A DNA stretch of 64,000 nucleotides from an uncultured Pseudomonadales bacterium (GTDB lineage: Bacteria; Pseudomonadota; Gammaproteobacteria; Pseudomonadales; Cellvibrionaceae): positions 22,180 through 86,179 of the forward strand of contig CANKXO010000007.1 of the NCBI GenBank assembly GCA_947487765.1. Reading direction: 5' to 3'. Positions 48,106-59,022 of this stretch are shown here, piece after piece. The first letter of the stretch is position 1. Every line of letters begins with the position of its first letter. The notes under the pieces are model-generated. The model was given only the letters and a program-made list of their open reading frames with translations, had not been told where the DNA came from and did not search any database. The position numbers and the translations under genes were made by a program.

Positions 48106-48588
48106 GTGGGTGCTATGTCTACACGTTGGGGAAAATATGATCGACAAATTCTAGAGCTTCTACAGCGGGATGCATCGCTATCAGTGGGTGAGGTGGCTGA
48201 GCGAATTGGTGTATCAAAATCTGCCTGTTGGCGACGAATACAAAAGTTAGAGCAAGAGAATGTCATTAGAGAAAAAGTGGCATTGCTAGATCAAGAACAA
48301 CTTAACTTACCCCTTACCGTTTATATTGTTGTGCGGACAAACCAGCACAATGATCAATGGTCACAGCAATTCCAAGAGGTTATAGATTCTCTCCCTGAAA
48401 TCCTTGAAGCATACCGTATGAGTGGTGATCTCGATTACCTGATTAAGGCGGTGGTGACTGATATGCCTGGATATGACAGGCTCTATAAAAAAATTATTAA
48501 AGCCAATTTGTTTGATGTAAGTTCTAGCTTTGTGATGGAAACGATGAAAAGTACTACACAACTTCCTTTAAATTATCTTAAAACTTAA
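48106..48588 (+). CDS. Lrp/AsnC-family transcriptional regulator
   Basis: HTH LSVGEVAERIGVSKSACWRRIQKLE plus RAM domain. Confidence 0.85.
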   Translation: MGAMSTRWGKYDRQILELLQRDASLSVGEVAERIGVSKSACWRRIQKLEQENVIREKVALLDQEQLNLPLTVYIVVRTNQHNDQWSQQFQEVIDSLPEILEAYRMSGDLDYLIKAVVTDMPGYDRLYKKIIKANLFDVSSSFVMETMKSTTQLPLNYLKT

Positions 48589-48754
48589 ATAAAAAAATAT
48601 ACCCTCTCTCAATATCACCTTTCTAATATCCTGCTTTTTACACGATTGTTATTGACATCTTTTTTTTGTTGTGAAACTATTTAAACATTAAATAGTTTAA
48701 TGAAAAAATAATTACAAAAAATTCTCGATACACTTTACTGATAGTGGGTGACCT

Positions 48755-49540
48755 ATGAGCCTTCAGGCTGAAGTTTCTCCTGTATCACGATTTAATGATG
48801 CTGGCCGTGCCCCGCTTTTATTAGTATGTGAGCATGCATCAAACTTTATTCCGGCGGAATTGGATAACTTACAACTTTCTGATGAAGTGCTGCATAGCCA
48901 TGTAGCGCTTGATCTTGGCGCATTCGATCTTGCGAAAAAAATAAGTGATTTATTAGATGCTCCATTAATCACAAGCGCTATATCCCGGTTAGTGTATGAC
49001 TGTAATCGTTCGTATGGTCTGGCTGATACGATTCCAGAGCGTAGCGAAGCGTTTCAGATCCCAGGCAATCGACACTTGAATAGCACTGACTCTAGAGATA
49101 GATACAATAAATATTATGTGCCATTTGAGGAAGCAATTTCTAGTCGCTTATTGGTATTTTCTAAGCCACCTATATTACTGACTATTCATAGTTTTACTCC
49201 AGTATATTTAGGTGAAGAAAGAGCAGTGGATATAGGGATTATTGACGACGAGGATGAGCGCTTTAGCTTTGAAATGATTAATGTGGCTCGAAAGCAGCCC
49301 CATTTTTGTATAGAGCATAATCAACCCTACGGTAATGGAGATAACACAACCTACACGTTGTCATTGCACGGTGTTAAAAATGGTTTTTTGAATGCCATGA
49401 TTGAAGTAAAAAATAATTTACTAGAAACAATGGATCAACGTAAAGAAATGGCTTTGTTGCTTGCAAAAATAATATCCGAGACTGCCGAAAAATTCGATTA
49501 CGTTATACCAATAAAGGTCGATGATGCTAGCGATCATTAG
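48755..49540 (+). CDS. N-formylglutamate amidohydrolase-family hydrolase
   Basis: LLLVCEHASNFIP, YDCNR, LLTIHSF FGase motifs. Confidence 0.75.
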   Translation: MSLQAEVSPVSRFNDAGRAPLLLVCEHASNFIPAELDNLQLSDEVLHSHVALDLGAFDLAKKISDLLDAPLITSAISRLVYDCNRSYGLADTIPERSEAFQIPGNRHLNSTDSRDRYNKYYVPFEEAISSRLLVFSKPPILLTIHSFTPVYLGEERAVDIGIIDDEDERFSFEMINVARKQPHFCIEHNQPYGNGDNTTYTLSLHGVKNGFLNAMIEVKNNLLETMDQRKEMALLLAKIISETAEKFDYVIPIKVDDASDH

Positions 49541-50030
49541 AAAGTATGTTTTATTTGTCGAAGCGATTAACTATCGTGTTGGTCGCATTGTTATGTACGG
49601 TATTTTTGTCATGGTTGGTGTTCTTTTGTGGTCATCAATATCGAAAACATTTTTCCTACCTTCACTTTGGACATTGGAAACCGCTCAGTTTCTAATGGTT
49701 GGGTACTATATGTTAGGTGGTGCCTATTCTCTTCAGCTGGGCTCAAATGTTCGAATGGATCTCTTTTATTCAAATTGGTCTGTAAAGAAAAAAGCATGGT
49801 TTGATGCAATTACTATCTTATTCCTTATTTATTTTCTCGGAGTTTTACTGTGGGGAGCGATTGATAGTACTCAATATGCAATTCAATATGGAGAGCGAAG
49901 TTATTCCAGTTGGCGCCCTTATATGTGGCCGATAAAAGTGACTATGTGCACTGGTATCATTTTAATGCTACTGCAATCAACCTGTGAACTGATTAAAGAT
50001 ATTGCAACCATTCGTGGAGTGGAACTTTAA
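49521..50030 (+). CDS. TRAP transporter small permease (DctQ)
   Basis: 4-TM 169 aa, overlaps the following DctM start. Confidence 0.75.
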   Translation: MMLAIIRKYVLFVEAINYRVGRIVMYGIFVMVGVLLWSSISKTFFLPSLWTLETAQFLMVGYYMLGGAYSLQLGSNVRMDLFYSNWSVKKKAWFDAITILFLIYFLGVLLWGAIDSTQYAIQYGERSYSSWRPYMWPIKVTMCTGIILMLLQSTCELIKDIATIRGVEL

Positions 50031-51352
50031 TGCCGTATGAAATGATTGCACTACTGATGTTTTCTTCAATGATGTTGATGTTGCTGACAGGACAAAGAGT
50101 ATTTGGTGCTATCGGTGCCGTTGCTGCAATAGCGGGTGTGACTCTCTGGGGAACTGGTGGGTCAGATATCCCATTCGCATCCGCTATGAAATTAATGAAG
50201 TGGTATCCATTGCTGACTTTGCCGATGTTTATTTTTATGGGGTACATTTTATCGGAGTCAAAAATTGCAGATGACCTCTATAAAATGTTCCATGTTTGGA
50301 TGGGAAATGTTCGCGGCGGTTTAGCAATTGGCACCATTGGTTTGATGGTGCTTGTATCTGCTATGAATGGTTTGTCTGTTGCGGGAATGGCCATTGGAGC
50401 CACTATTGCGCTGCCAGAATTACTTCGCAGAAATTACGACAAGCGTATGGTAACGGGGGTGATTCAGGCGGGCTCTTCTCTCGGTATTTTAGTGCCGCCT
50501 TCAGTTGTCTTAGTGCTGTATGCCATGATTGCTAGACAACCTGTAGGGCAGTTATGGTTGGCAGGTATTGTGCCTGGTCTAATGATGGCAGGATTATTCA
50601 TTGCGTATATTGCGATTCGATGTCACTTGCAGCCTGAGTTAGGCCCAACGCTGTCAAAAGAAGAGCGCGACGTCCCTCTGTCAGAAAAAATTCGCTTACT
50701 CGGCGCAGGCTTTTTGCCGATATTGATCTTCGCTGCGATGATGGTGCCCTTTGTTAATGGTTGGACAAGTTTAGTTGAGAGCTCTGCTATTGGAGCGATG
50801 ACCGCTTTTTTGGTGGCGGTAATAAAAGGGCGCATGACACGCCTTGTTTTTGAAACATCCGTGCGCCAGACGTTAGCGATTTCTTGCATGTTTATGTGGA
50901 TTATTCTGGCCGCACTAGGTTTTGGTGCAGTGTTTGATGGTTTAGGTGCAGTTAAAGCAATCGAAGAATTGTTTACCGGTCAACTTGGCCTAGATCCTTG
51001 GACGATTTTAATTCTAATGCAATTGTCGTTTATTTTAATGGGTACTTTTTTAGATGATACGGCAATGTTGGTGATTGTTGCTCCATTGTATGTACCATTG
51101 GTTGACTCGTTAGGCTTTGATCTGATTTGGTATGGTGTGCTCTATACCATTACGACACAAATTGCTTATATGACCCCACCTTTTGGTTACAACTTATTTT
51201 TGATGCGGGCTATGGCGCCCCCTGAAATAAATATGAAAGATATTTACAGCTCAGTTTTTCCCTTTGTTATAGCCATGATCTTCGCGCTAATGTTGGTAAT
51301 GATATTTCCGCAGATCGCTCTATGGCTACCCGAATCTATTTACGCACGTTAA
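50030..51352 (+). CDS. TRAP transporter large permease (DctM)
   Basis: 440 aa polytopic, DctM-like. Confidence 0.85.
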   Translation: MPYEMIALLMFSSMMLMLLTGQRVFGAIGAVAAIAGVTLWGTGGSDIPFASAMKLMKWYPLLTLPMFIFMGYILSESKIADDLYKMFHVWMGNVRGGLAIGTIGLMVLVSAMNGLSVAGMAIGATIALPELLRRNYDKRMVTGVIQAGSSLGILVPPSVVLVLYAMIARQPVGQLWLAGIVPGLMMAGLFIAYIAIRCHLQPELGPTLSKEERDVPLSEKIRLLGAGFLPILIFAAMMVPFVNGWTSLVESSAIGAMTAFLVAVIKGRMTRLVFETSVRQTLAISCMFMWIILAALGFGAVFDGLGAVKAIEELFTGQLGLDPWTILILMQLSFILMGTFLDDTAMLVIVAPLYVPLVDSLGFDLIWYGVLYTITTQIAYMTPPFGYNLFLMRAMAPPEINMKDIYSSVFPFVIAMIFALMLVMIFPQIALWLPESIYAR

Positions 51353-51414
51353 TTAAAATTGGCGGTGAGTAGAGTAGTAGTAGCGATTTATGAATAAACC
51401 AAGCGGAGTAATTT

Positions 51415-52476
51415 ATGACTATCAATGAAAAGAGTACGAGAAGAAAGTTTTTAAAAACAGCGGGCGCTGGTCTTGCGGGTGCTGCAATAATGGGGGCGCC
51501 AGCGGTACATGCAGCAAAAAAATCAACGATTAAATGGAGAATGCAAACTTACGCAGGAGCATCTTTAGCCGCGCATGTAATTAAACCTGCTATTGAGTCT
51601 TTTAACAAAGTTGCTGGTGGAGAGATGCAAATTGAATTGTATTACGGTGATCAATTAGTGCCTACTGGTGAGTTGTTCCGCGCCATGCAAAAAAGCACCA
51701 TTGATGCAGTTCAATCAGATGATGATTCTATGGCATCGCCAACAGAAGTGACTGTATTTGGTGGGTATTTTCCTTTTGGTAGTCGTTATTCTCTTGATGT
51801 CCCTGTTTTATTTAATCAATATGGTTTGAATGAAATTTGGGATGCGGAGTATTCTAAAGTAGGCATTAAACATATTTCTGCCGGTGCGTGGGACCCTTGC
51901 CATTTTGCAACCAAAGATCCTATTCGCAGCCTTGCTGATATGAAAGGCAAGCGAGTGTTTACCTTTCCAACTGCTGGCCGTTTTCTTAAACAATTTGGTG
52001 TGGTGCCCGTAACATTGCCTTGGGAAGATATTGAAGTAGCCGTGCAAACGGGCGAGCTGGACGGTGTTGCCTGGTCAGGCATTACTGAAGACTATACTGT
52101 TGGTTGGGCAGATGTGACTAATTACTTTTTGACAAATAATATATCGGGGGCATGGGCTGGCTCTTTCTTTGCAAATATGGATCGTTGGAATTCGTTGCCT
52201 GATAGAATGCAAGAGTTATTGAAAATAACGATGGATAGCTCGCATTATTACCGTCAATGGTGGTATTGGGGTGGAGAAGCATCCTTACGTGTCAACGGAA
52301 CAAAAATGGAGTTGACAACGATACCTGATGAAGAGTGGGCAACTGTTGAAAATGCAGCGGTTAAATTCTGGGATGAAATTGCTAAAGAATCCAAAACAAA
52401 AGAAAAAATTGTTAATATCTTTAAAAAATATAACGAAGATATGAATAAGGCTGGGCGGCCATATCGGTACAGTTAA
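51415..52476 (+). CDS. TRAP transporter substrate-binding protein (Tat signal)
   Basis: RRKFLKTAGAGLAGAAIMGAPAVHA twin-arginine signal; DctP-like. Confidence 0.75.
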   Translation: MTINEKSTRRKFLKTAGAGLAGAAIMGAPAVHAAKKSTIKWRMQTYAGASLAAHVIKPAIESFNKVAGGEMQIELYYGDQLVPTGELFRAMQKSTIDAVQSDDDSMASPTEVTVFGGYFPFGSRYSLDVPVLFNQYGLNEIWDAEYSKVGIKHISAGAWDPCHFATKDPIRSLADMKGKRVFTFPTAGRFLKQFGVVPVTLPWEDIEVAVQTGELDGVAWSGITEDYTVGWADVTNYFLTNNISGAWAGSFFANMDRWNSLPDRMQELLKITMDSSHYYRQWWYWGGEASLRVNGTKMELTTIPDEEWATVENAAVKFWDEIAKESKTKEKIVNIFKKYNEDMNKAGRPYRYS

Positions 52477-52568
52477 TTACCTTTTAATCCGTAAAAAGGC
52501 GCATTTTGCGCCTGCTTTTGGGCACTATTGGCTATGTTGCATGGTAGAAATAAATAACAGAGAAAATA

Positions 52569-53939
52569 ATGATGACTGGTTTACTTTCGTTTGAAGAATT
52601 AAAACAACAGGTTAAACAAGGCGCTATCGATACTGTTATTGTCGCTTGCCCAGATATGCAAGGAAGGCTTATGGGTAAGCGTATGCAAGCGGAGTTTTTT
52701 GTTGAGACTGCATGGGAAGAAACGCATTGCTGTAATTATTTGCTCGCAACGGATTTAGAAATGAATACAGTAGATGGATATGTTTCCACAAGCTGGTCTG
52801 CTGGTTATGGCGATTATGTGATGCGCCCAGATATGGGGACGTTACGTAGGCTGCCATGGCTAGAGGGAACGGCAATGGTTCTGTGTGATTTTCTGGATCA
52901 TCATGACCATTCTTTTATTCCTCATTCCCCGAGAGCTATCTTAAAGCGCCAAGTTGAGCGGCTTGAAAAGTTAGGCTTTCGATCTGCTGTGGCGACTGAA
53001 TTGGAGTTTTTTGTTTTTGACGAAACCTATAGCCAAATGCGACATGGCAATTATCAAAAAATGACAACGATCAGCCCTTATAATGAGGACTACCACATCT
53101 TTCAGACAACCAGAGAAGAAGGATTAATGCGGCAGATTCGTAATGGGCTGCAGGGAGCGGGTATTCAAGTAGAAAATACTAAAGGCGAAGCGGCTGCCGG
53201 GCAGGCTGAAGTTAATGTGCGTTATAGCGATGCGATTAATATGGCCGACTCACACAGTATTATAAAAAATGCGGTGAAGGAAATCGCCTTCTTAAATGAT
53301 AAATCAGTAACTTTTCTAGCCAAGTGGAGCCATAACACGGCAGGTTCGTCGAGCCATATTCACCAATCTTTAGTATCTCTAAAGGGGGATTCCGTTTTTC
53401 AAGATAGCAATGGTCAGTATGGTATGTCCGATACTATGAAGCATTATTTAGCGGGGTTATTAAAATATGCTGATGACAATACATATTTTCTAGCACCTTA
53501 TGTTAATTCCTATAAGCGATTTTCAGAGAGTACATTTGCGCCAACAAAAGCAATCTGGTCGCTCGATAATCGAACGGCAGGATTTCGTATTGTAGGGGAA
53601 GGTACATCCGCTGTGCGTATTGAGTGTCGTATTGGGGGTAGTGACCTTAACCCTTATCTGGCAATTGCTGCACAACTGGCAGCTGGTATTGCGGGTATAG
53701 AACAAAAGCTCGAATTAGAAGATGAATTTGTCGGTGATGCTTATCAATCTGAACAGGCTCGCAGTATTCCTATTAATTTAGTAGCGGCAACCAAGGCATT
53801 AAAATCGTCATCGATGTTACGTGATGCGTTTGGCTCTGAAGTAATTGATCATTATGTTAATGCTGCAGAGTGGGAGCAAAAAAGCTTTGAGCAAGTGGTT
53901 ACTGACTATGAAGTGAAGCATGGGTTTGATCAGGCATAA
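52569..53939 (+). CDS. Glutamine-synthetase-family gamma-glutamyl-amine ligase (PuuA-like)
   Basis: GS catalytic-domain pattern, 456 aa. Confidence 0.75.
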   Translation: MMTGLLSFEELKQQVKQGAIDTVIVACPDMQGRLMGKRMQAEFFVETAWEETHCCNYLLATDLEMNTVDGYVSTSWSAGYGDYVMRPDMGTLRRLPWLEGTAMVLCDFLDHHDHSFIPHSPRAILKRQVERLEKLGFRSAVATELEFFVFDETYSQMRHGNYQKMTTISPYNEDYHIFQTTREEGLMRQIRNGLQGAGIQVENTKGEAAAGQAEVNVRYSDAINMADSHSIIKNAVKEIAFLNDKSVTFLAKWSHNTAGSSSHIHQSLVSLKGDSVFQDSNGQYGMSDTMKHYLAGLLKYADDNTYFLAPYVNSYKRFSESTFAPTKAIWSLDNRTAGFRIVGEGTSAVRIECRIGGSDLNPYLAIAAQLAAGIAGIEQKLELEDEFVGDAYQSEQARSIPINLVAATKALKSSSMLRDAFGSEVIDHYVNAAEWEQKSFEQVVTDYEVKHGFDQA

Positions 53940-54022
53940 GCTTGAGAGGCCGTTTAGCTGCCAAATTAATTGTTATGATGAAATATGTGAATAAAAGAGA
54001 AATAAAGGCATGAAAGAGAGTA

Positions 54023-54907
54023 ATGAAAGATAAATCAATTTCTGATAACGATAGTGTTTTCAATGCACTCAAACAAGTTTCTGATTCCTTAACTCGTTCA
54101 GAACGAAAAGTAGCGAATGCTATTTTAGAAAACTACCCAATATCAGGTTTGGGATCCATTACCCAGATCGCAGATAAGTCTGGAGTGTCTTCGCCAACGA
54201 TTGTGCGATTGGTAAAAAAAATTGGTTTCAATGGTTTTTCAGAATTTCAGAATTCACTACGAAATGAATTAGAAGCTAAAGGTACAGGGCCTATAGCAAA
54301 GCACGATGTGTGGGCGCAAAAAGCACCAGAAAGTCATATTTTAAATCGCTTTACCGAAGTGGTTATTGACAATATTCATAAATCATTAAGGCAAATAGAA
54401 ACAGAAAGTTTTGATGCCAGTTGTAAGCTGTTATCTGATACGAATCATTCTTTATATATTATTGGTGGTCGAATTACCCGTTCTTTAGCGGATTATCTCT
54501 ATCTGCATATGCAGGTTATTCGTAAAGGGGTAACTCATATCAGGCCGATTTCTAATTCCTGGCCACATTATATGCTCGATATTGATGAGGGCGATGTGGT
54601 TGTTATTTTTGATATTCGCCGTTATGAGAATAGTACCTTGAGGCTTGCTGAAATTGCTCATGAAAGAGGCGCAAATATTATTCTTTTTACTGATCAATGG
54701 CGCTCGCCGGTAGAAAAATATTGTCACTATTGTTTTAGTGCAAAAACGGAAGTGCCATCAGCGTGGGACTCAACGGTAGAAATAATGTTGTTGATAGAAA
54801 TATTTGTTGCCGCTGTTCAAGAACTTATCTGGCCAGAGACACGTAGACGGATGGAAGATCTTGAAGATCTATTTGATCGTACACGTTTTTTTCAAAAGTT
54901 CAGTTAG
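54023..54907 (+). CDS. MurR/RpiR-family regulator (HTH + SIS)
   Basis: SGVSSPTIVRLVKKIGFNGFSEFQ plus SIS domain. Confidence 0.8.
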   Translation: MKDKSISDNDSVFNALKQVSDSLTRSERKVANAILENYPISGLGSITQIADKSGVSSPTIVRLVKKIGFNGFSEFQNSLRNELEAKGTGPIAKHDVWAQKAPESHILNRFTEVVIDNIHKSLRQIETESFDASCKLLSDTNHSLYIIGGRITRSLADYLYLHMQVIRKGVTHIRPISNSWPHYMLDIDEGDVVVIFDIRRYENSTLRLAEIAHERGANIILFTDQWRSPVEKYCHYCFSAKTEVPSAWDSTVEIMLLIEIFVAAVQELIWPETRRRMEDLEDLFDRTRFFQKFS

Positions 54908-54922
54908 TTTTAGTGAGTTGTT

Positions 54923-56332
54923 TTGCATTATGGAAAATTATTAATTATGACAATTATTCAATGTATATCACCGGTCGATAATAGTCTCTATGTAGAACGT
55001 CAAACAGCTAGCGCTGAAGAGATTGAAAAAGTTCTAGATGCTGCTGTTCTGGCGCAAAAAAAATGGAAAAATATGCCCATTAAGGAGCGTCAAGCTCTAT
55101 GCAATAAAGCTGTCGATGCTTTTGTGAGTATGAAAGAGGATATTTCTGAAGAATTAACATGGCAAATGGGGCGGCCTATCTCTCAAGCAGCAGGTGAAGT
55201 CAGCGGCTTTGAAGAGCGGGCTCGTTATATGATTGATATCGCAGAGGATTCGCTTGCTGATATCAGACCTTCCGAAAAAGAAGGCTTCAATCGTTATATT
55301 AAGCGCGAGGCATTGGGCGTTGCTTTTATCATTGCGCCTTGGAATTTCCCTTATTTAACATCGGTAAATGCCATTATACCTGCATTGTTAGCGGGTAATA
55401 CTGTGATACTTAAACATTCGGCACAAACTCCATTATGTGCAGAACGGTTAGAGCAAGCCTTTGTGACCGCAGGGTTTCCCCTAGGTGTTTTTCAATATTT
55501 ACATTTAAGCCATGTTGATACTGAAGCTGTTATTCAGTCTCCTAAAATAAATTTTGTTGCGTTTACCGGATCGGTTCCTGGGGGGAAAATGGTTGAACGC
55601 GCAGCAGTTGGTCGTTTTATTGGTGTTGGTCTTGAATTAGGCGGGAAAGACCCTGCTTATGTAAGAAAGGATGCTGATCTGCAATATGCGATAGAAACAA
55701 TTACGGATGGAGCAATATTTAATACGGGGCAATCTTGCTGTGGTATCGAACGTGTTTACGTTGATCAATCAATTTATCAGGTATTTGTTGATGGCGTCGT
55801 TTCTCTGGTTAAGCAGTACAAATTTGGCAGGCCGGAAAATCCATCGACTAACCTTGGACCGATGGTCAAAGCGAGTTCAGCTGAATTTGTACGTAGTCAA
55901 ATAGATGAAGCAATTGTAGCCGGTGCAAAATCGTTGGTTGATGCAAACAGTTTTGATGCGGATCAGCTTGGTTTGCAATATCTTGCTCCTCACGTGTTGA
56001 TTGATGTTGATCACTCTATGCGTATTATGAATGAAGAGACCTTTGGCCCAGTGATTGCCATTATGTCTGTTAGTAGTGATGATGAAGCTATTCGTTTAAT
56101 GAATGATAGTGAGTTTGGTCTAACTGCTGCCGTGTTTACACAAGATGAGCAAGCGGCTATTGAGATTGGTAATCAAATTGAAACAGGTACGTTGTTTATG
56201 AATCGTTGTGATTACCTTGACCCTGCTTTGGCATGGACCGGCGTTAAAAATTCGGGGCGCGGTTGTACACTATCGTCAGTTGGCTTTGAAAGTATGACAA
56301 GACCTAAGTCATATCACTTGAAGAGAGTATGA
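54923..56332 (+). CDS. Aldehyde dehydrogenase
   Basis: LELGGKDPAYV, GQSCCGIER; alternative start at 54947. Confidence 0.85.
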   Translation: MHYGKLLIMTIIQCISPVDNSLYVERQTASAEEIEKVLDAAVLAQKKWKNMPIKERQALCNKAVDAFVSMKEDISEELTWQMGRPISQAAGEVSGFEERARYMIDIAEDSLADIRPSEKEGFNRYIKREALGVAFIIAPWNFPYLTSVNAIIPALLAGNTVILKHSAQTPLCAERLEQAFVTAGFPLGVFQYLHLSHVDTEAVIQSPKINFVAFTGSVPGGKMVERAAVGRFIGVGLELGGKDPAYVRKDADLQYAIETITDGAIFNTGQSCCGIERVYVDQSIYQVFVDGVVSLVKQYKFGRPENPSTNLGPMVKASSAEFVRSQIDEAIVAGAKSLVDANSFDADQLGLQYLAPHVLIDVDHSMRIMNEETFGPVIAIMSVSSDDEAIRLMNDSEFGLTAAVFTQDEQAAIEIGNQIETGTLFMNRCDYLDPALAWTGVKNSGRGCTLSSVGFESMTRPKSYHLKRV

Positions 56333-56335
56333 AAA

Positions 56336-57487
56336 ATGAATGCAAATTGGAATTACCCAACGAACGTTCGTGCCGGCGCTGGCAGAATTAATGAATTAGT
56401 CAATATTTGTCAGGAGCTAAACATACAAGCCCCTCTGTTTGTGACAGACCCTGGCCTGGCTATAATGCCAATGGTGATGAATATTATTCGTGACTGCGAA
56501 GAAGCTAATTTAGCGATTGGAATGTTCAGTGATATTAAACCAAACCCAACGGGGCAAAATATTAATGATGGCATTGCTGCTTATCGTGCAGGAAAGCATG
56601 ATGGTGTTATTGCATTTGGGGGTGGTAGCGGAATAGATGCGGGTAAAGCGATTGCGGTTGTTGTTAATCAAACGTGTTCAGTTTGGGATTTAGAGGATAT
56701 TGGTGATAATTGGTTGAATGCAGACCCGGATAGAATCCCACCGATTATTGGTATTCCAACCACAGCAGGAACCGGTTCAGAAGTTGGGCGAGCATCGCTT
56801 ATCATTAATGAAGATGAGCGCAAAAAAGCAATTATTTTTCATCCCAAAATGTTGCCCACTTGCGTTATTTTAGATCCAGAGTTAACCATTGGTTTGCCTC
56901 CTGTTTTGACAGCGGCAACAGGAATGGATGCTCTCTCTCATAATTTAGAAGCCTACTGCTCGCCAAGTTATCACCCGATGGCTAAAGGCATTGCGATTGA
57001 AGGTATTCGTCTGGTGAAAGACTATTTGCCCACCGCTGTTGCAGATGGTGTAAATATTGATGCACGGACACAAATGATTGTTGCGTCATCAATGGGTGCG
57101 ACTGCTTTTCAGAGAGGGTTGGGTGGAATGCATGCGCTTGCTCATCCCTTAGGTGCTATATACGATGCTCACCATGGCATGTTGAATGCTATTTTGATGC
57201 CTTATGTATTAAAAGCAAATTATAAAGCAATTGATTCAGACATTGCTAAACTAGCACAGTATCTTGATCTTGATGCAACTTTTGATGCCTTTCTTGAATG
57301 GATTTTATCGATAAGGCAAGAGATAAAAATTCCCCATGCGCTGTCTGCAATTATTCCTGAGGACTCTCGCCTTGCTGAAATTGGTGAAATGGCTGTGCTC
57401 GATCCTTCCGCTGGCACCAACCCGATTGCGCACGATGTCGCTACGTATACCCGCATTGCTCAAAATGCTTATAATGGAAGCTTGTAG
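56336..57487 (+). CDS. Iron-containing alcohol dehydrogenase
   Basis: GGGSGIDAGKAIA, His-rich metal site GGMHALAHPLGAIYDAHHG. Confidence 0.85.
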   Translation: MNANWNYPTNVRAGAGRINELVNICQELNIQAPLFVTDPGLAIMPMVMNIIRDCEEANLAIGMFSDIKPNPTGQNINDGIAAYRAGKHDGVIAFGGGSGIDAGKAIAVVVNQTCSVWDLEDIGDNWLNADPDRIPPIIGIPTTAGTGSEVGRASLIINEDERKKAIIFHPKMLPTCVILDPELTIGLPPVLTAATGMDALSHNLEAYCSPSYHPMAKGIAIEGIRLVKDYLPTAVADGVNIDARTQMIVASSMGATAFQRGLGGMHALAHPLGAIYDAHHGMLNAILMPYVLKANYKAIDSDIAKLAQYLDLDATFDAFLEWILSIRQEIKIPHALSAIIPEDSRLAEIGEMAVLDPSAGTNPIAHDVATYTRIAQNAYNGSL

Positions 57488-57509
57488 AATAATTTAACGG
57501 CTCCAGCTA

Positions 57510-57998
57510 ATGACTCCAGTATTTGTGTACGGAACCTTGAAACAAGGGTTCCCTAATTTTCATGTTAATAAAGGCACGCGGGTTGCCGGTATTTTCTATA
57601 CTAAAAATTGTTACCTGTTTTATTTGGTTGGTGAGCGTCATACACCGTGGTTAATCTTTGATGAAAATAAAGGTTATCAGGTGAGGGGGCAGCTATATAT
57701 GGTTGATGATGAGACGTTGGCTGGTATGGATATCTTGGAAGGGATTGGTCAACCTGATGGTTATCAAAAGATACAGATTCCTATCATCCCTGAAAAAAAC
57801 AGTTCAAAAGAAAAAATTTCACAAAAAAGCGTTTTGAACAACGGTGTTGTAGCTGAGACAAAGAGCGAAATTTTTGCAACGGTGTATGTGAAATCAATAG
57901 AGCAATTAAAAAATGCGGATATTCAGCTAGGGCCACTTAAAGAATATGAAGTTAAGCATACATTGCTCTATAAGCCTCGTAGTACCTTAGTTGGATGA
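57510..57998 (+). CDS. Gamma-glutamylcyclotransferase (AIG2/GGCT-like)
   Basis: VFVYGTLKQGFPN N-terminal signature. Confidence 0.7.
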   Translation: MTPVFVYGTLKQGFPNFHVNKGTRVAGIFYTKNCYLFYLVGERHTPWLIFDENKGYQVRGQLYMVDDETLAGMDILEGIGQPDGYQKIQIPIIPEKNSSKEKISQKSVLNNGVVAETKSEIFATVYVKSIEQLKNADIQLGPLKEYEVKHTLLYKPRSTLVG

Positions 57999-58883
57999 GT
58001 TGTCTAAGGCGTTAAAAATTTCTAAAACGGCAGGGTGCTTCAATCGCCTTTCTGGTGAAATAGCGTAATAATTATCTTTTATTGTTTCGGTATTTCCGAT
58101 GGCGATAACATTGTATTGGCTAACAATGTTTTTTTCGATAATCGTTGGGCCTATAAAGATCCCATAACCTGCTTGTGCAAAGGATTTGAGCATGGCACTG
58201 TCATCAAACTCGGCAACAATCTGCGGTATAATATTGTGCTGCTCAAACCATGCCAGCAAACTTTGCCGAATAACAGAACGTTTCCCTTGTAGTAAAAAGG
58301 GTTGACCTGATAAGCTTTCGGGGAAATTTTTTTTACATGATTTAGCTAATGACGGCGGAGCAAAAAAGGTAAATCCACTCTCTGTGAGGTTGTGATTATA
58401 GGCTTTAACTTGGCTGCTCGGAGGAAGTGGTTGATCTGAGATAATCATATCTAGTTTGTCGATGGCAAGGTCGGCTAACAAACTCTCTTGTTCGCCTTCG
58501 TGGCAAATTAACTTAATTGGGCCTGCCATCGCCAGAACAGGTTGTAATAATTGGCAGGTTAAAATTTTAGGAATAACATCAGTGATGCCAACATGAAATT
58601 TTTGCCATGTCGAGTGTTGCTGTGTTTTGAGTACATTTTTTAGTTCATCTCCTAGTTGAAATATCTCGTCCGCATATTCGTAAATTAATCGCCCCATTTC
58701 TGATAAGTACAATCGCTTACCTTTTCGCTCAAATAACTCTGAACCTATTTGTGTTTCAAAACTACTGATTTGGCCGCTAATGGTTTGTGGTGTCAAATGC
58801 AGTCGATCGCTTGCCTTGCTAATACTGCCATCTTTGGCGACAGCATAAAAATAATATAAGTGGTTGTAATTAAGCTTTGACAT
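57987..58883 (-). CDS. LysR-family transcriptional regulator
   Basis: N-terminal HTH YFYAVAKDGSISKASDRLHLTPQTISGQI. Confidence 0.85.
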   Translation of the reverse strand: MSKLNYNHLYYFYAVAKDGSISKASDRLHLTPQTISGQISSFETQIGSELFERKGKRLYLSEMGRLIYEYADEIFQLGDELKNVLKTQQHSTWQKFHVGITDVIPKILTCQLLQPVLAMAGPIKLICHEGEQESLLADLAIDKLDMIISDQPLPPSSQVKAYNHNLTESGFTFFAPPSLAKSCKKNFPESLSGQPFLLQGKRSVIRQSLLAWFEQHNIIPQIVAEFDDSAMLKSFAQAGYGIFIGPTIIEKNIVSQYNVIAIGNTETIKDNYYAISPERRLKHPAVLEIFNALDNSSN

Positions 58884-59022
58884 AGCATTTTCTCAGTTAT
58901 TCGATTTTTTCGATGTATAAGGCAATATTATTCGAATTTACTTGATTTATGCAAATGGTATATAAAGGTGATCGTAAATAAAAGTGAGCTCCAACCAATA
59001 GTCGTTTCATCACATTCTAAGC

